A DNA stretch of 64,000 nucleotides from Geosiphon pyriformis uo1 (taxonomy: Eukaryota; Fungi; Glomeromycota). Position numbers and translations under genes: made by a program. Numbering within the stretch: position 1 is the stretch's first letter; the number at the start of each line of letters is the position of its first letter. The DNA lies in the NCBI GenBank assembly GCA_016748015.1, contig JAAOMT010000094.1, forward strand, positions 1-64,000, written 5' to 3'. This document shows positions 39,359-52,480 of the stretch, one piece after another. The notes under the pieces are model-generated. The model was not told the origin of the DNA, did no database searches, and worked only from the letters and a program-made list of their open reading frames with translations.

Positions 39359-42125
39359 ATGTCTCTGGTAGATTTAACAGTTTTGGTCGAGTTAAAAAAA
39401 CTCGAGAGGGCACTTGGCGAAGTACAATGCAATTGTAAGTACACTCCAGTTGGTCTGAAAAACTTCCAATCTTTTTTACATCAACTAACGGAAATTTCAT
39501 TTTCGACTTATTATTCAGTAACTCAAGGTAATTCGTCCCAAACCTCCTGGGAAAATTTTAGCTTTGTTTGTTTTTCCAATTTATTTGTTGAATTTTGCTT
39601 TTTGGATTATTTTCCACGACCTCAAAATTTCTTTGCCTAAACAGCTATTTCTCAAACTTCGGATATCAATGACTCTCTCATTCACAATCATGAACTTGTC
39701 ACGACAAAAATAATAGAATCTCCAAATAGTTTGAATTCTGATAATAATAACAATAAAAATAAACAAGACCTTGGATCCTTTGATATGATCGGAGCTTTGG
39801 ACTCGCAATTACATGAAGATCAAACTTTGCGAAGATCCTTAACGCATGCAGATATTTTGAATCCGTTAATAGTGAAGATTATCGCTGATCGCAAACAACA
39901 AGAGCTATTAGTCCCTTTATCAACAACAGAACAACCTCAAATTTCCTCAGACCCTTTACCCGGTCCCTTTATGTCTCGAGTTTCTTCTCCCCTAAAACAA
40001 AGTTATATTCCTGAAATAGTTGCTGAAATAGAAGACGAGGAAGACATGAGCAAAAATACTAACGATGAAGAAATTTTCACGATACAAGAAACAATTAAAA
40101 TTACATGTGACCCTACAATCAATTGTTTAGGACCGAATTCGAATCAAACACCAATAACTCCTCAAGGGATACCCTTAAAAAACTCGGAGATTTTAACCGA
40201 AAAAATAATGGCAACTTCTCGTGAGATTACGGGAGATGAAAATTCCGAAGAGCATCCAGTAGCGGGATTTCCTAATGTTTCTATATCTGACAAGGTTGAA
40301 GCAAACCAGATCGATTCACCAGTAGAGGAACAATTTCAAATGGAGTCTTCTTTTGAAGAGGATCAAGCTTTCATAGATCCTGATCTACAAAAGAACCCAA
40401 AAACTTTGAACACTTGTAAAAAAGAAAGTCTTTTCGATCCTATCAATCGCCTCAAAGAATTATTACTGGCACAAACACCCATTCCAGATATAATATGCAT
40501 CCCAGATAAAGTAGAAAGAGAATATCTAGCAATAAAAACTCACAGCAGGTCTGGAGCTTCTGATTATACATCTACTATACTTGTTCCTGAATCAAAATGT
40601 GAATACGAAGATGATGCACAATCTTCTATCCATTCGCATTCTGATATTTCCTTACTATCAAACGTATCACTCGAAATTCCTTTCTCGACTAAAAGTATAG
40701 ATGAGCCATCTTCTTCGTCAAGAAACAATTCTTATCGTGAACTTTACTCGATATTAAAATCTTCTAATAAAAAGGTTTCAACAAAAAACTCTACAGATGG
40801 CATTATTTATGCCGAAAAATCTCCACAAGATCTCTTTAATCGAACAAAATCTTTTGATGGGCAATCCTCGACCCAATCATCTCTTCTAGATGAACCTTAT
40901 TATCATGAAACTTCCGTAGATGATATGCCCTGGCGCCAAAATATCAATGGCTCTTCCAAGAAACCGACAATTGAATTTTCATCAGGGAATGAGCCGTTTC
41001 TTACAAAATCTAAATATAAACTAGATTTTAAAAAAGTTCGAACACTCCCGGTCTCACTTATTTCCACTGATATCAAAGAGTTGAAAAGTCGAAGGCAGAA
41101 GAAGTTAGCATATGGTAATCAATTTTGCAAATTATCGTTATTGCAAAGTAAATAGAAATTTACTAGATATTTTATTTTTAGTTCATAAAACAAATCTACT
41201 TCAACAAGAAGAGACTGGGTTAGCAATATGGATCCACTTAAACATAAAAAAGGAACCTTCAACTCTGTTTACTAGTATGTCACCGAGCAATATTTTTTAA
41301 TTTGGAGTTCTAGCCATGCCTTTTACCCCAACTTCATTTTATCTCCATATTTTAGCTTACAAATCAAGGCGTAGCAAATCGACGAGCTTGCCACCAAAAA
41401 TGCCAAATATTTATTCAAATCCATCGGCCAATAGTTCTATTAGTCAGCCCGATCCCAGTTTGTCTCTTGATTCTTCAGAGGCTGTTCCCCCTGCCATTAA
41501 ATTAGTTCCTTCTCTCTCACATTCATCTAAATCCTCGAAATCCTTGAAGTCTTCAAAATCTTCTCGAATATCACTTGATATTTCAATACAGACTTCATCT
41601 CTTCGGGTTCGACCAAATTCACCACCATCCTCTCCTAAACCAAGGACATCTGGATTTCTTTCATTACCTGGAATTAACCGACGAACCAGCATGAATAATA
41701 AGATCACCAGAGCAGCCACATTTTTACCACCAACAGTAATGGATGAGATTTCTGCGACCTCTTCTAATACTCTTGTGCCGAAATCTTTAAATTCTCCATC
41801 TATACCGAAATCTCCTAATTCTCCATCTATGCCTAAAAGGCAACGAAGATTCAGTTTTCAATCTGTATCTTCTCGCTTCAGTTTTTCTAATTCAAATTCG
41901 CCATCAGTTACTACCACAATTGAGGAGACTATTGACATAAATGAAGAAAAAAATTCACAAGTGGAAATTGACGACACATCGCTCAATAAATTGTGTGATG
42001 TTTTGCCTCATGCTGACAGAGATGTCTTACAGAGGTATTTGCAAAAAGCTGGCGGTAAGGATGATTTAATGGCGGTTGGATTGTACATGAAAGATTTAAA
42101 AAGTGGAGAGGTTGAAGGCATCTGA
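39359..42125 (+). CDS. Large Ser-rich, probably disordered protein with a C-terminal CUE/UBA-like helical domain
   Basis: Exon 39359-39527 splices in frame to 39645, followed by long open frames (474 and 269 aa tracks). C-terminus LCDVLPHADRDVLQRYLQKAGG..DLMAVGLYM. The domain call is tentative. Confidence 0.7.
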
Positions 42126-42523
42126 TTCTTATATCCAAAACCATATTTCGGACTAACCTAATCGCTGCGTAATAGATATTTTTTTGATCTTAGCTTTGAT
42201 GGCTTTTATATTATTTGTAATTCTGGTACATTATCAATTTTTAATTAATTTATTTTATCAAATTAATGCCTATTCTAGCATTTTATTATGTAGTGTACAT
42301 ACCTCAAAAAGTTAAAGGAACAAAAAACTGCAAAACCTTCAATTTTTATTGATAATAGTTAAATTAAATTCCAATATCAAAATCAGATTTTAGAGACCAA
42401 TGAAAATCAATTGTCAATGCACATGGCCCCAAAAATTGTATATCAAATTTAAAATTTGTCATGGCAATCGCAAATCGAATCTCGGGGAAGGGTTTACGGA
42501 AACTTCGAAAATCAAAAAACGAA

Positions 42524-44634
42524 ATGAGCTCAGGTTTATCAGACAAAGGAGTGACTGTAGTTCTCGGTTCACAATGGGGTGATGAGGGTAAAGGGAAATT
42601 GGTAGACATTTTGTCACAAGAGGCAGACATTTGTGCTCGTTGCGCTGTAAGAACATTGGATAATGTTGAAATTTTAGTTCATAAATAGAGGATATTTTAG
42701 CTTTCTATCTTTCAAGGGAGGAAATAATGCCGGCCATACAATTGTTGTCAATGGTACAAAGTACGATTTTCACACACTACCCTCCGGTATGTCTGCAACT
42801 TTTAGCAAAAAAATTTGGCAATATTTCGTTTGGTTAATATGTTTTTGATCATAGGTCTAATTAGTCCTAAATGCATGTCGATCATTGGCTCTGGAGTCGT
42901 GGTTCATCTTCCATCCTTTTTCGCCGAATTAGAAGTCTTGAAAAAAAAAGGTATATAATTGATAACATGCATTCATCTTTGCTATCACTATTTTGCTAGC
43001 TTCTGTTGTCGAGGCTTTGACCAAATAATTTATTGTGAATATGTCATTGATACCTCTAAAAAGGTATCCAAACCGAGGGTCGTATTTTTGTGTCAGATCG
43101 GGCCCATCTGGTGTTTGATTTTCATCAAATAGTGGATGGTTTGAAAGAAGTAGAACTTGGCCGATCAAGGTACCTTTCATTTTTTCGATCGGGAAATTGA
43201 ATAGATAGAAAATTTACAAAAGCTTGTTGATCAATATAAATCCCCATCCCTAACCAATGCGGATTTTTTATAATTAAAATATGCCTATAGCATTGGCACA
43301 ACGAAGAAAGGGATTGGTCCGACATATTCTTCCAAAGCTTCACGCTCTGGGCTACGAGTTCATCATTTGTCTAATCAGGAAGCGTTCGCGGCAAAGTTTC
43401 GGCAATTGGTTGATAATAAACGAAAACGTTATGGAAGCTTTGAGTATGAGGTTGAGGCAGAGGTTGAACGGTATAAGGTTCAAAATTGTTCCAATATTAG
43501 AATTCTTTATCTGCAAAGTTAATTTTCTCAAAAAGAATGCCTGATCGCATATCCGTTTCTTTTGATCTACAAAGGAATATGCTGTCAAATTGAAACCGTT
43601 TATTATCGATAGCGTGTTGTTCATGCACAAAAGTTTAAGCGCTCACAAAAGAATCCTTATTGAAGGTGCCAATGCACTAATGCTTGATCTGGATTTTGGC
43701 ACCTATCCTTTCGTGACCAGTTCCAATACCAGTATTGGTGGAGTTAGCACGGGTTTGGGTATACCCCCTAGCAAAATTGATAAAATCATAGGAGTTGTGA
43801 AAGCATATACTACCAGAGTTGGGGGAGGTCCGTTCCCAACAGAGCTGCTGGATGTTTGTATACAAATATTTTCAATATTTATTATTGTAGTACATAATAA
43901 AATGATAAATTCATTTATTAAATTCAAAGGCGACTGGGGAACATCTACATCGTATTGGTGCTGAATTTGGGGCTACTACTGGAAGGAAACGACGCTGTGG
44001 GTGGTTGGATCTTGTCGTTTTGCGATACTCTACTTTTATCAATGGATATACTAGGTAAGCTTTGTCTGCCTCAATTTAGACGTATAGTTGAGATCTATTA
44101 ATTGATAAATTCACTGATTGTAAAAAAATCACCCCATCCAGTATCAATTTGACAAAACTCGATGTTTTAGATGAATTACCCCAAATAAAGGTTGCTACTG
44201 AATATTTATTAAACGGAGAACCTTTAGAAAGCTTTCCAGGTAAGACCAGTGATTTCAAACATACTTTCCTTATGCATTGACAATATGAATATTTAATCTC
44301 ACAACATATACACATTTATTTCAAATAGCGGACCTTGATATTCTTCACGATATCACTGTAAAATACGAAACTTTTTCTGGATGGCAAACTGACATTTCTA
44401 AATGTCGTACTTTTCAAGATTTGCCTGAAAATGCACAACTTTACGTCAAAAAGATTGAAGAATATTTGCAGATTCCTGGTGAGTTGTACAATACACAGGG
44501 TTTTTGCTTTCTAATTAAAAAATTTTATATTAAAATTATTTACAATCGGTATGAACTTGATGGTAATAGTCGAATGGATTGGGGTTGGAGTTGGAAGAGA
44601 AGATATGATCAAAATTCAAGTTCCGCTGTTGTAA
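42524..44634 (+). CDS. ADE12: Adenylosuccinate synthetase, multi-exon
   Basis: Motifs [87 protein letters not shown] and WIGVG. Alternative start at 42461. Confidence 0.97.
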
Positions 44635-45052
44635 CACAATCATGTAAATTATTAGTGTACCAGATATAATATTTAAGAGATTACTATATCCACATCATTT
44701 GCAATCTTCATTTCCCCTAAATGTCTCATAATTTTATGAAACGTTAGTCACTTTACTTAGACTGGACAAAACTCAAGTTTCTTTAAGCTAGTCTCCTAAT
44801 TTAAAAAGGCATCGGTATTTTACATTTTTAGATTACTTGCCCAATCATGAAACAGTTTCGAGTTAAAGGGGTCAAAAAAGCGGCCAAAATATTGATTCTT
44901 CAATTTTGGGTCTTAAACACAGAAAACTGTTTTATGAACAAGAAGAGTTTAAGGCCATTTTACATTAAGTTTCTTGCCAAAAAAAGAAAAATCATTGTGA
45001 TAGCATTAAGAAATCTTAATTTTAAAAAAAAACTAATTTAAAGTATTTCATA

Positions 45053-45246
45053 TTTTTTTTATTGGTTTAATGAGTGAGAGCCAAACACAACCTAGTACAA
45101 TATATTAAACTAAAGTAATTTAAACTAGATGTAAATCATGCATTTTTTATATGTGACCAGTTACTTAAGCAATATTATGCATCTATTCTAACAAAAATTA
45201 TATTACCAATACTTAAAAAAAATGAACACAATTTGCATATACCAAA
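45053..45246 (-). mobile_element. 5'-truncated LINE 3' end related to the copies at 0.5-2.2 kb
   Basis: Minus strand FGICKLCSFFLSIGNIIFVRIDA* resembles FGKHKFCSFFSGLSKNIYININV*. The 3' UTR aligns with 1420-1515. A T-run at 45053-45060 corresponds to the A tail. Confidence 0.65.
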
Positions 45247-45643
45247 AGATTACTTGTTGGCATTTACATACTTTATCTTTTTCTTTTCTTGATTTGTATT
45301 GTTAGAATTAGCCTGAGAAGCAATTGCTTGTTCTTGTGATTTATTGAATAAAGAAATGATTGAAAAACACAACAGTACCTGTTATTGATTCTAAGAATTG
45401 CTGAATTAAGACATAGAATAATAGTAGTAATATTATCTTGTTAACAATTATAGACTATTCCTCTACCTTCAGATTTTTAGAAAAGATTTGCAATTGTGAT
45501 TTTTATAAGACTGATCACATATATTGAATCCTTATTAATTCAATTTGCTCTCTTATTGTAATTCTCTTCTTGATTATTTCTATTACTTTACAATCCTGTT
45601 TTCTTTTGCTATTTGTTAGCTTATTACTCCAATCTGTAATATA
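45244..45643 (+). repeat. 5' LTR (only about the last 400 nt survive)
   Basis: Colinear with 52077-52480. The upstream part is replaced by an inverted LINE fragment. Confidence 0.9.
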
Positions 45644-45647
45644 AAAG

Positions 45648-45660
45648 TGGTGCTTCTTAT
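45648..45660 (+). other. Putative tRNA primer-binding site
   Basis: TGGTGCTTCTT lies just after the 5' LTR; TGG is complementary to tRNA CCA. The priming tRNA is not identified. Confidence 0.55.
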
Positions 45661-48600
45661 AAGATTGTCAAAATTCATTTTGTTTCTTATTGTATAAATG
45701 ATTATTCATATCTGTTACAACAATTAGAAGAATACTTTGAAGCATACAACAAAAACAACTTAGACTTTATTGAACTCAATCCTTTGCCTTTTTGCTTGAT
45801 TTGTTTCTCCATTAAAGAACAATCCAGTAGACAATTTCAAGACTTTTGAAACTGGTTCCTGAACAAACATTCAGCTGAAATCTACACAGCCTATATAACT
45901 TATTACTTTGACCAAGCTTATTTTAAAAACAACTTTAAAAAAAAAACAACAGCATTAATCAGCTTTTATATTCCACAACCTTTAAATAACAGCTCTTTAA
46001 TTTCGAATATCTGAATCACCAAATTCATATTTGGATTGCTGCCCATCAATCAATTGAAACTTTTTTTAAAACAGAAAAAAAAAGCTATCAAACTGTTTTT
46101 GTTTTTGATTTCTTCTTAAGTAAATCAGAACATTCTACACAAACAGTTACTTTTGAACCAATGGCTAATAATTCTATGTAACAAAACATTCTGGCTGTTC
46201 TCCAAGACATATAAACTGCTTTAGTGTAAAGAAATAATATCTTATTATCTTTATTTAGAGATAATACACAAGACCTAATTGAATAATTAGATAATTTTGA
46301 AAAAGTAGCCACTGTTAATTAATATAATAATGAATACAAGTTCCAAATTATTGGTGGCTATCTTCAAGACTCTTCTGCTACTTGGTTCTCACAAGAAACT
46401 AATGCTGGTGCTCACTAAAAAATTATTAGATAGACATCAACAAATGCTAAAAAAGAAAACACTTCTTTTATAATCTGGTTTGAAACTAAATTTAGAACTC
46501 CCATTTTAATCTCAAAATGGTGTATAGAATTGAAAAAAAGAACTCAAAGTTCTGGTGAAGTTGTAACTGAGTATGTCAAAGCAATCAAAAAGTTAATTAA
46601 GTAGATAAACTCTAAAAAAAACTGGACAAAAGAGCAAAAATTCACTTTTTTACAAAAAAATTGAGAACTAATTTCTTATATGCTCTTTGGTCTCTCCTGG
46701 CTCTAAAAAACAATTCTATAATGAATATGATTATTAAACTTGCCCAGAAAATAAAAAACAATTAAAGAATGCACTTAGAATCTACACTTTTAGTTTTTGC
46801 TTCTGCTTCTGCTTCTGCTTCTGTTATGGCTCCTGCTTTCCAAATAGTCACTATTTCTTTTGTTGTTCAAACTTAAAATCCCAATAAACAATTAATAAAT
46901 AGACTCACAGCCAATCTTGTCTGATTATTAGAGTCCTTAGCCCAAGCAGTCAAAGAGAATTAACAACTTCAAAGATTCAAATTTAAATCCTGTTTTAATT
47001 AGTCCCATCAACTCTTTTATCAAAGACAACAAAATCATAGTCTATCTGTATATTATTACTGTGAATTAACTAGACATTTCTCCAGAAATTACAACAATTT
47101 TTCTCTGTTTTCTTTAGCTCCTAAAAATAATGATAGCCAAAACAATAAAACCAACAATAACAATATCTTCAATCAAAAACCCAATCATGCCAACATCAAT
47201 TTTTTTGGAGAGAATTTCTTAGTTGAAGCTATTTATTAGTCTTTAAACTAGTAGACACATCTCCAAAGAGTGAGAGTGTAAACCAACCAAAAGAAAACCT
47301 TTTTTATGTTTTTAATCTAACTAATAATGACTATAACATAAATGAACTAGCAATCAACACTTCTAAATTAACAAAAAAAAAAAGAAAGCCAAGGTTGATT
47401 TTGTTCTGGACCTAAACAAAGCATTCACATTAACTGCTAATAATAATGAGCCACCAAAGGCTAAAGTTTTTAAAAATCTTCCAAAACTAGAACTTCCAGA
47501 AATTGTACAAAAATTTGGTCCTTATTTTATTGTTAAAAATTTCATAAAAATTCCAGCTTACATTATTTTTGGTTAGTTAATAATTTATTTACAATTCAGA
47601 AAAAACTTTTACAAATCTTTAATCCTAAAAAAAAAGACACCAAAAACCAACAAATACTCTTGCTAAATTAAACTTGCTGATAACAGCAATGTTACTCCTT
47701 TAATTCACAAAGCCCAAGTGGCTGGTTACTTTATTGACTTGATTTTAGACAATAAATCATCTGTTAGTGTAATTTCCAAACACTTTTTGGAAGCCATTAG
47801 AAAAAAAATTGATGAATCTTTTATTCAGTCTATGACTAATGTATATGGTGACAAAAAAAAAAACCTGGACATAACCAAAGCTGTTTTTGTTCACATTAAT
47901 AGCATTAGCATTGAAACTGACATAGAAGTATCTGAAGCAAAAAAGTACACCATAATTGTTGCTCAAAAAAGCCAAAGCACTATTTGACTATAAACTTTGT
48001 AAACTAATCATTAGATGTAGTAAAAAATCTATTGTAATTAAATGTTGTCATTGGACAACACCTTCAGTATTTAAGCAGAATCAAAAAAATAAACAATCAG
48101 ATAAATCAAAAAAGATCAAGAAAAACAAAAAAAAATTGCTAAACTTGCTTACACTATCTTTACTAGCAATGACAAGCCACTGGACAATATTAAAGTTGAC
48201 AAAAAAGGAATTATTGTAAATAGTAAGCTAATCTGTTAGTCCTACTATGATATTCTTAGAAAAATCTTTGATAGAAAACCTAGCAAGAAAACAAAATACA
48301 GGATTAATGACATGGCCTTTGTGTCTAGTGCTGGTGTAATAAATTTTTGTATTCTTCTAGTAATGAATGCAAATTCTGCCTAATCTACTACAAAGATTGG
48401 AAACCTATTAGCCTAATACTAAAAAAAAAACTAAGAGAAGCACAAAAGTCTTTTAAAAGTAAACTATCTGAAATTTAATTACTTGTAATAAAACAAAAAA
48501 AACTTTTCACTGAAGAAAAAAAAGTAGATATTAAAAATTTTTTGGCTAAAAATAGCCCAGTTATCTCAAAAAAAAGTAATACTCTTGGACAAACTCATGT

Positions 48601-51600
48601 GATACAATACACTATTACCACCAAAGAAACTTATTCTATTTATTTAAAATTTTATCAATTTAATCAACATAATTATGAGTTCATTAACCTAAATAAAAAA
48701 TCTTGGATTCATACAAAAAACCAAGAGTAAATAAGCTTTCTCAGTTGTAGTGATATCAAAAAAAAATAGAACCTTATGTTTTTGTGTCAACTATTGTCAA
48801 TTAAATATTATCACTATAAGAGACATATATTCACTCTCCAAAATTAATACAATACTAAACAAATTTAATAGTGCTGCTTTTTTCTCAACTATTGACTTAA
48901 CTGCTGAATTCTGGCAAGTAGAGATGAATTCAAAAAGCAGAAAGAAAACTGCTTTTATTACCAAGTATGATAGCTACAAATTTACAGTCATGTCTTTTGG
49001 TCTTACTAATGTTCTTTCTATTTTTCAATATTTAATAGACAAAATGTTTAAATCAGTAAAAAAAAACTTTGTTCTGGTCTATTTAGACGACATAATAGTA
49101 TACTCAAAAACCTGGAATAAACATCTTGAATATTTGCAAAAGTTTTTGACTTCCTTAAAAATACTGGCCTCAAAATAAACCCAATTAAATTTTTTTTGAA
49201 TGAAAATCTATCTAGTTCTTTGGTCATCTTATTACAAAAGATAGAATCTTCCCTGATCCAGCTAAAGTTGAAAAAGTTCAAAACATTAGACAACTAATAA
49301 ATGTTTTTAAACTACACTCTTTCTTTGGTTTGGCTTTTTACTATTGCAAATTTATTAAGAATTTCTCTAAAATCGCTTTTTTTTTCAATCAGCTACTCAA
49401 AAAAAATGTCAATTATCACTGGAACACACATCAACAAAAAGCTTTTGAAACTTTGAAGGAAAAACTTGTTACTGAATCAATCTTTAAACAATCTGACTTA
49501 GACTAATCTTTTATTCTACACACTAATACATCTAACTATAAACTTGGTATTGTCTTTTTACAAAAAGATGAAAATGACAGAAAACATGCTATAGCATATA
49601 CCAGTAAAACTTTTATACCAACAGAAAAAAACTATTCAGTTACTGAATAAAAATGCTTAGCAGTAGTTTGGGCTACTAGTTACTAAAATCAATATTTTCT
49701 TGGTGTAAAATTTTTAGTGGTAACAGATTATCAAATCTTGGTTTGGCTGCATAATAAAAAGAAGTTAGAACACAAAAAAATAACTTGCTGAATACTTTAT
49801 TTGGATGAATTTGACTATAATATTTAATACTACAAAAGAACAAATCATCAAAATGCTAATGCTCTTTTTAGACTTACCATTCAGTAATAGTACAATCTTT
49901 CAACCAAACCAATTTAATTATTAGTAATTTTCTCATAAACAAACATGATAATGGACTTTGTACAATTACTCTGCTTTAATAGAGTTTTTGGATAAATGTT
50001 AATACCCACCAGAATATACTTAACAACAAAAAAAACATTTGCACAAACAATCAAATTTTTATTTGATTTACCAGAATTAGTTATATAAAAAAATAGAAAA
50101 AATTCTGATCATCTCCAAAAAGTTATCAGATTTGAAGAAAAAAAATTGTGATCTACAATATGCATACTGATCTATTAACTGAACACTTTAGAAAAACAAA
50201 AACAATACAAAAAATTTTAGTTTACTATTATTGATCTATCTTAAAAAAAGATATTGCTAAGTATATTAAAATTTGTGACATCTGCCAAAAAAGAAGCAAA
50301 CTCAATTAAAAAGAAGATATTCATCTAATCTCTGTTGGTTAATTATTTAACAGAATAGCATAGATGTTGTTGGACTTTTAACAATAACTCTTAATAATAA
50401 CAGATATATTATCACAGCTACCAACTATCTTACAAAGTGAGTAAAAACAAAAACTATTTCAGACCAAACAGCAGTTTTAATAGCCAATTTCATTTATGAA
50501 GATATCATCTGCTATTATGGCTGCCCCAAAAAACTTTTATTTAATAAAAAAAGAACTTTTCTCAGTACATTGGTTGAAAAACTTTGTAAAAAAATAGGAA
50601 TATATTATAAATTTTATGTGAAATTTTAGCCAAAACCAGTAAAGAAACAAACTTATAAAACAAAATACTGCCTTCAGCTTTGTTTGCTTATAAAATTATA
50701 AATTATAACATAACAAGTTATGAACTTTTTTATCTGCTTTATAAATATATGACAACACTACCAATAAAAATTGACATTAAAACAATACTCTTTAAAAAAG
50801 TTACAATAGGAAATTATAAAAACATTTTGCAAAAAAAACTTGATACTATTCTTGACTTCTTGGTAAAAGCACAAATAATTGCTTTTAAAAAGATAAAACA
50901 GTTTTAAAAAAAGCTTAAGAAAAAGAAAACCTATAAAATACTTTTCTTAAGTGTTAATAACTTAGTATTAAAATACTGTTTAGACAAAAATAATGTCTAT
51001 AGTAATAAATTTTCTAGCCAGTAGAAAAGACTCTTTTTAGTCAACAAAGTTTTAAACAATAGTTCTTATATTTTACAAGATTAATATAGAACAATCTTCA
51101 ATAATCACTCTGTTCATAGCACATAACTTAAAAAATATCACAAATGACTTGATTGGTTATCTGTTGTGATAATATTAACCCAAATGATCAACAAAAATCA
51201 GATATAAATAAATGCATTATTCTTAAAACAGAAAAATATCTTCAATTGACATGAACAATTATTTCCTAAATCAAAACATTCAAAACATTTTCTATATTCT
51301 TCATGAGTATTAAATTAAAAACTATTCAAATGCTATTCTAACTATTGAAAAACAGACTACTATAACTGATAACAATGGAACACATACTGTTATTAGACCA
51401 AAAAAAACCACTACCAGAAGTGAAAAAATTGGTAGCAAAATGAATAAATATCTGCTAGAAAGTATAACAGCTGTAATACTTTTATCTTTTATCACAATTT
51501 GAAAAACAATTAAGAAAATCTTACCCATAAACAAAAACTTGTTATATGAAAGACAATTAGAATTCTATAGTCACCTTAGTAAAATCATAAGATATAAATT

Positions 51601-52076
51601 TTATGAAAAAAACAACTTTAGAGATACAGGCAGAAATTTTGGGCATTATATGGTTAGATATTTTAAGAGTTTTAACTATTGCTAAAAAAGCCAAAGCTCT
51701 TATACAAAAATTTGGTCTCTTGAATATAAAACTTATTTTGTCTCAAATATTATATACCTTATTTACTAAAAACTTTAATAAACTAGTTAGCTTTGAATTA
51801 GACATACTTTTTATTAGTTATCACATGTATTAGTTACTAATGTTATATAATTAGCCACTCTATTTTTAGATAGTAATTAATAACTTGATTGTTGACCTAA
51901 TTATTAATCTAATTATTGATTTGATTATTAACCACTTTCAATAGCTATATAAGCAATAAGTCTCTTAGTTGTAGAAAGATATAATCAAAGTAATGAAATA
52001 AAACCCACTATTAATTACTTTTTCTCATATTGTTTATTCTCTTTTTTCTATCTTCAAATATCTAAACATCTTAAGA

Positions 52077-52480
52077 TAAAAGATTACTTGTTAGTATTTA
52101 CATATCTTATTTTTTCTTCTTTTTAATTTGTATTATTAGAATTAGCCTAAGAAGTAATTGCTTGCTTTTGTGATTCATTGAATAAAAAAACAATTGAAAA
52201 GCACAATAATATCTGTAATTGATTTTAAGAATCACTGAGTTAAAATATATAATAATAGTAACAGTATTATTTTATTAACAATCATAGACTATTTTTCTAC
52301 TTTCAGATTTCTAGAAAAAATTTGCAACTGTAATTTTTATAAGACTGATTACACATATTAAATTCTTACTTATTTAATTTGTTTCTTTATTGTAATTTTC
52401 TTATTGATTATTTTTATTACTCTATAATTCTGTTCTTTCTTGCTATCCATTAACTTATTATTTTAACTCATAATAATATA
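52077..52480 (+). repeat. 3' LTR, part shared with the 5' LTR (may extend upstream to about 51560)
   Basis: Direct repeat of 45244-45643 with transition-dominated differences. Confidence 0.9.

Larger units (their letters stand above)
45244..52480 (+). mobile_element. Degenerate near-full-length Ty3/gypsy LTR retrotransposon
   Basis: In gypsy order: gag (about 46250-46800, eroded CCHC near 47050), protease (IDLILD, 47718-48050), RT (FCVNYCQLN...VYLDDIIVYS, 48750-49400), RNase H (about 49500-49890) and integrase (about 50150-51150). Paired LTRs; many stops. Confidence 0.95.
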
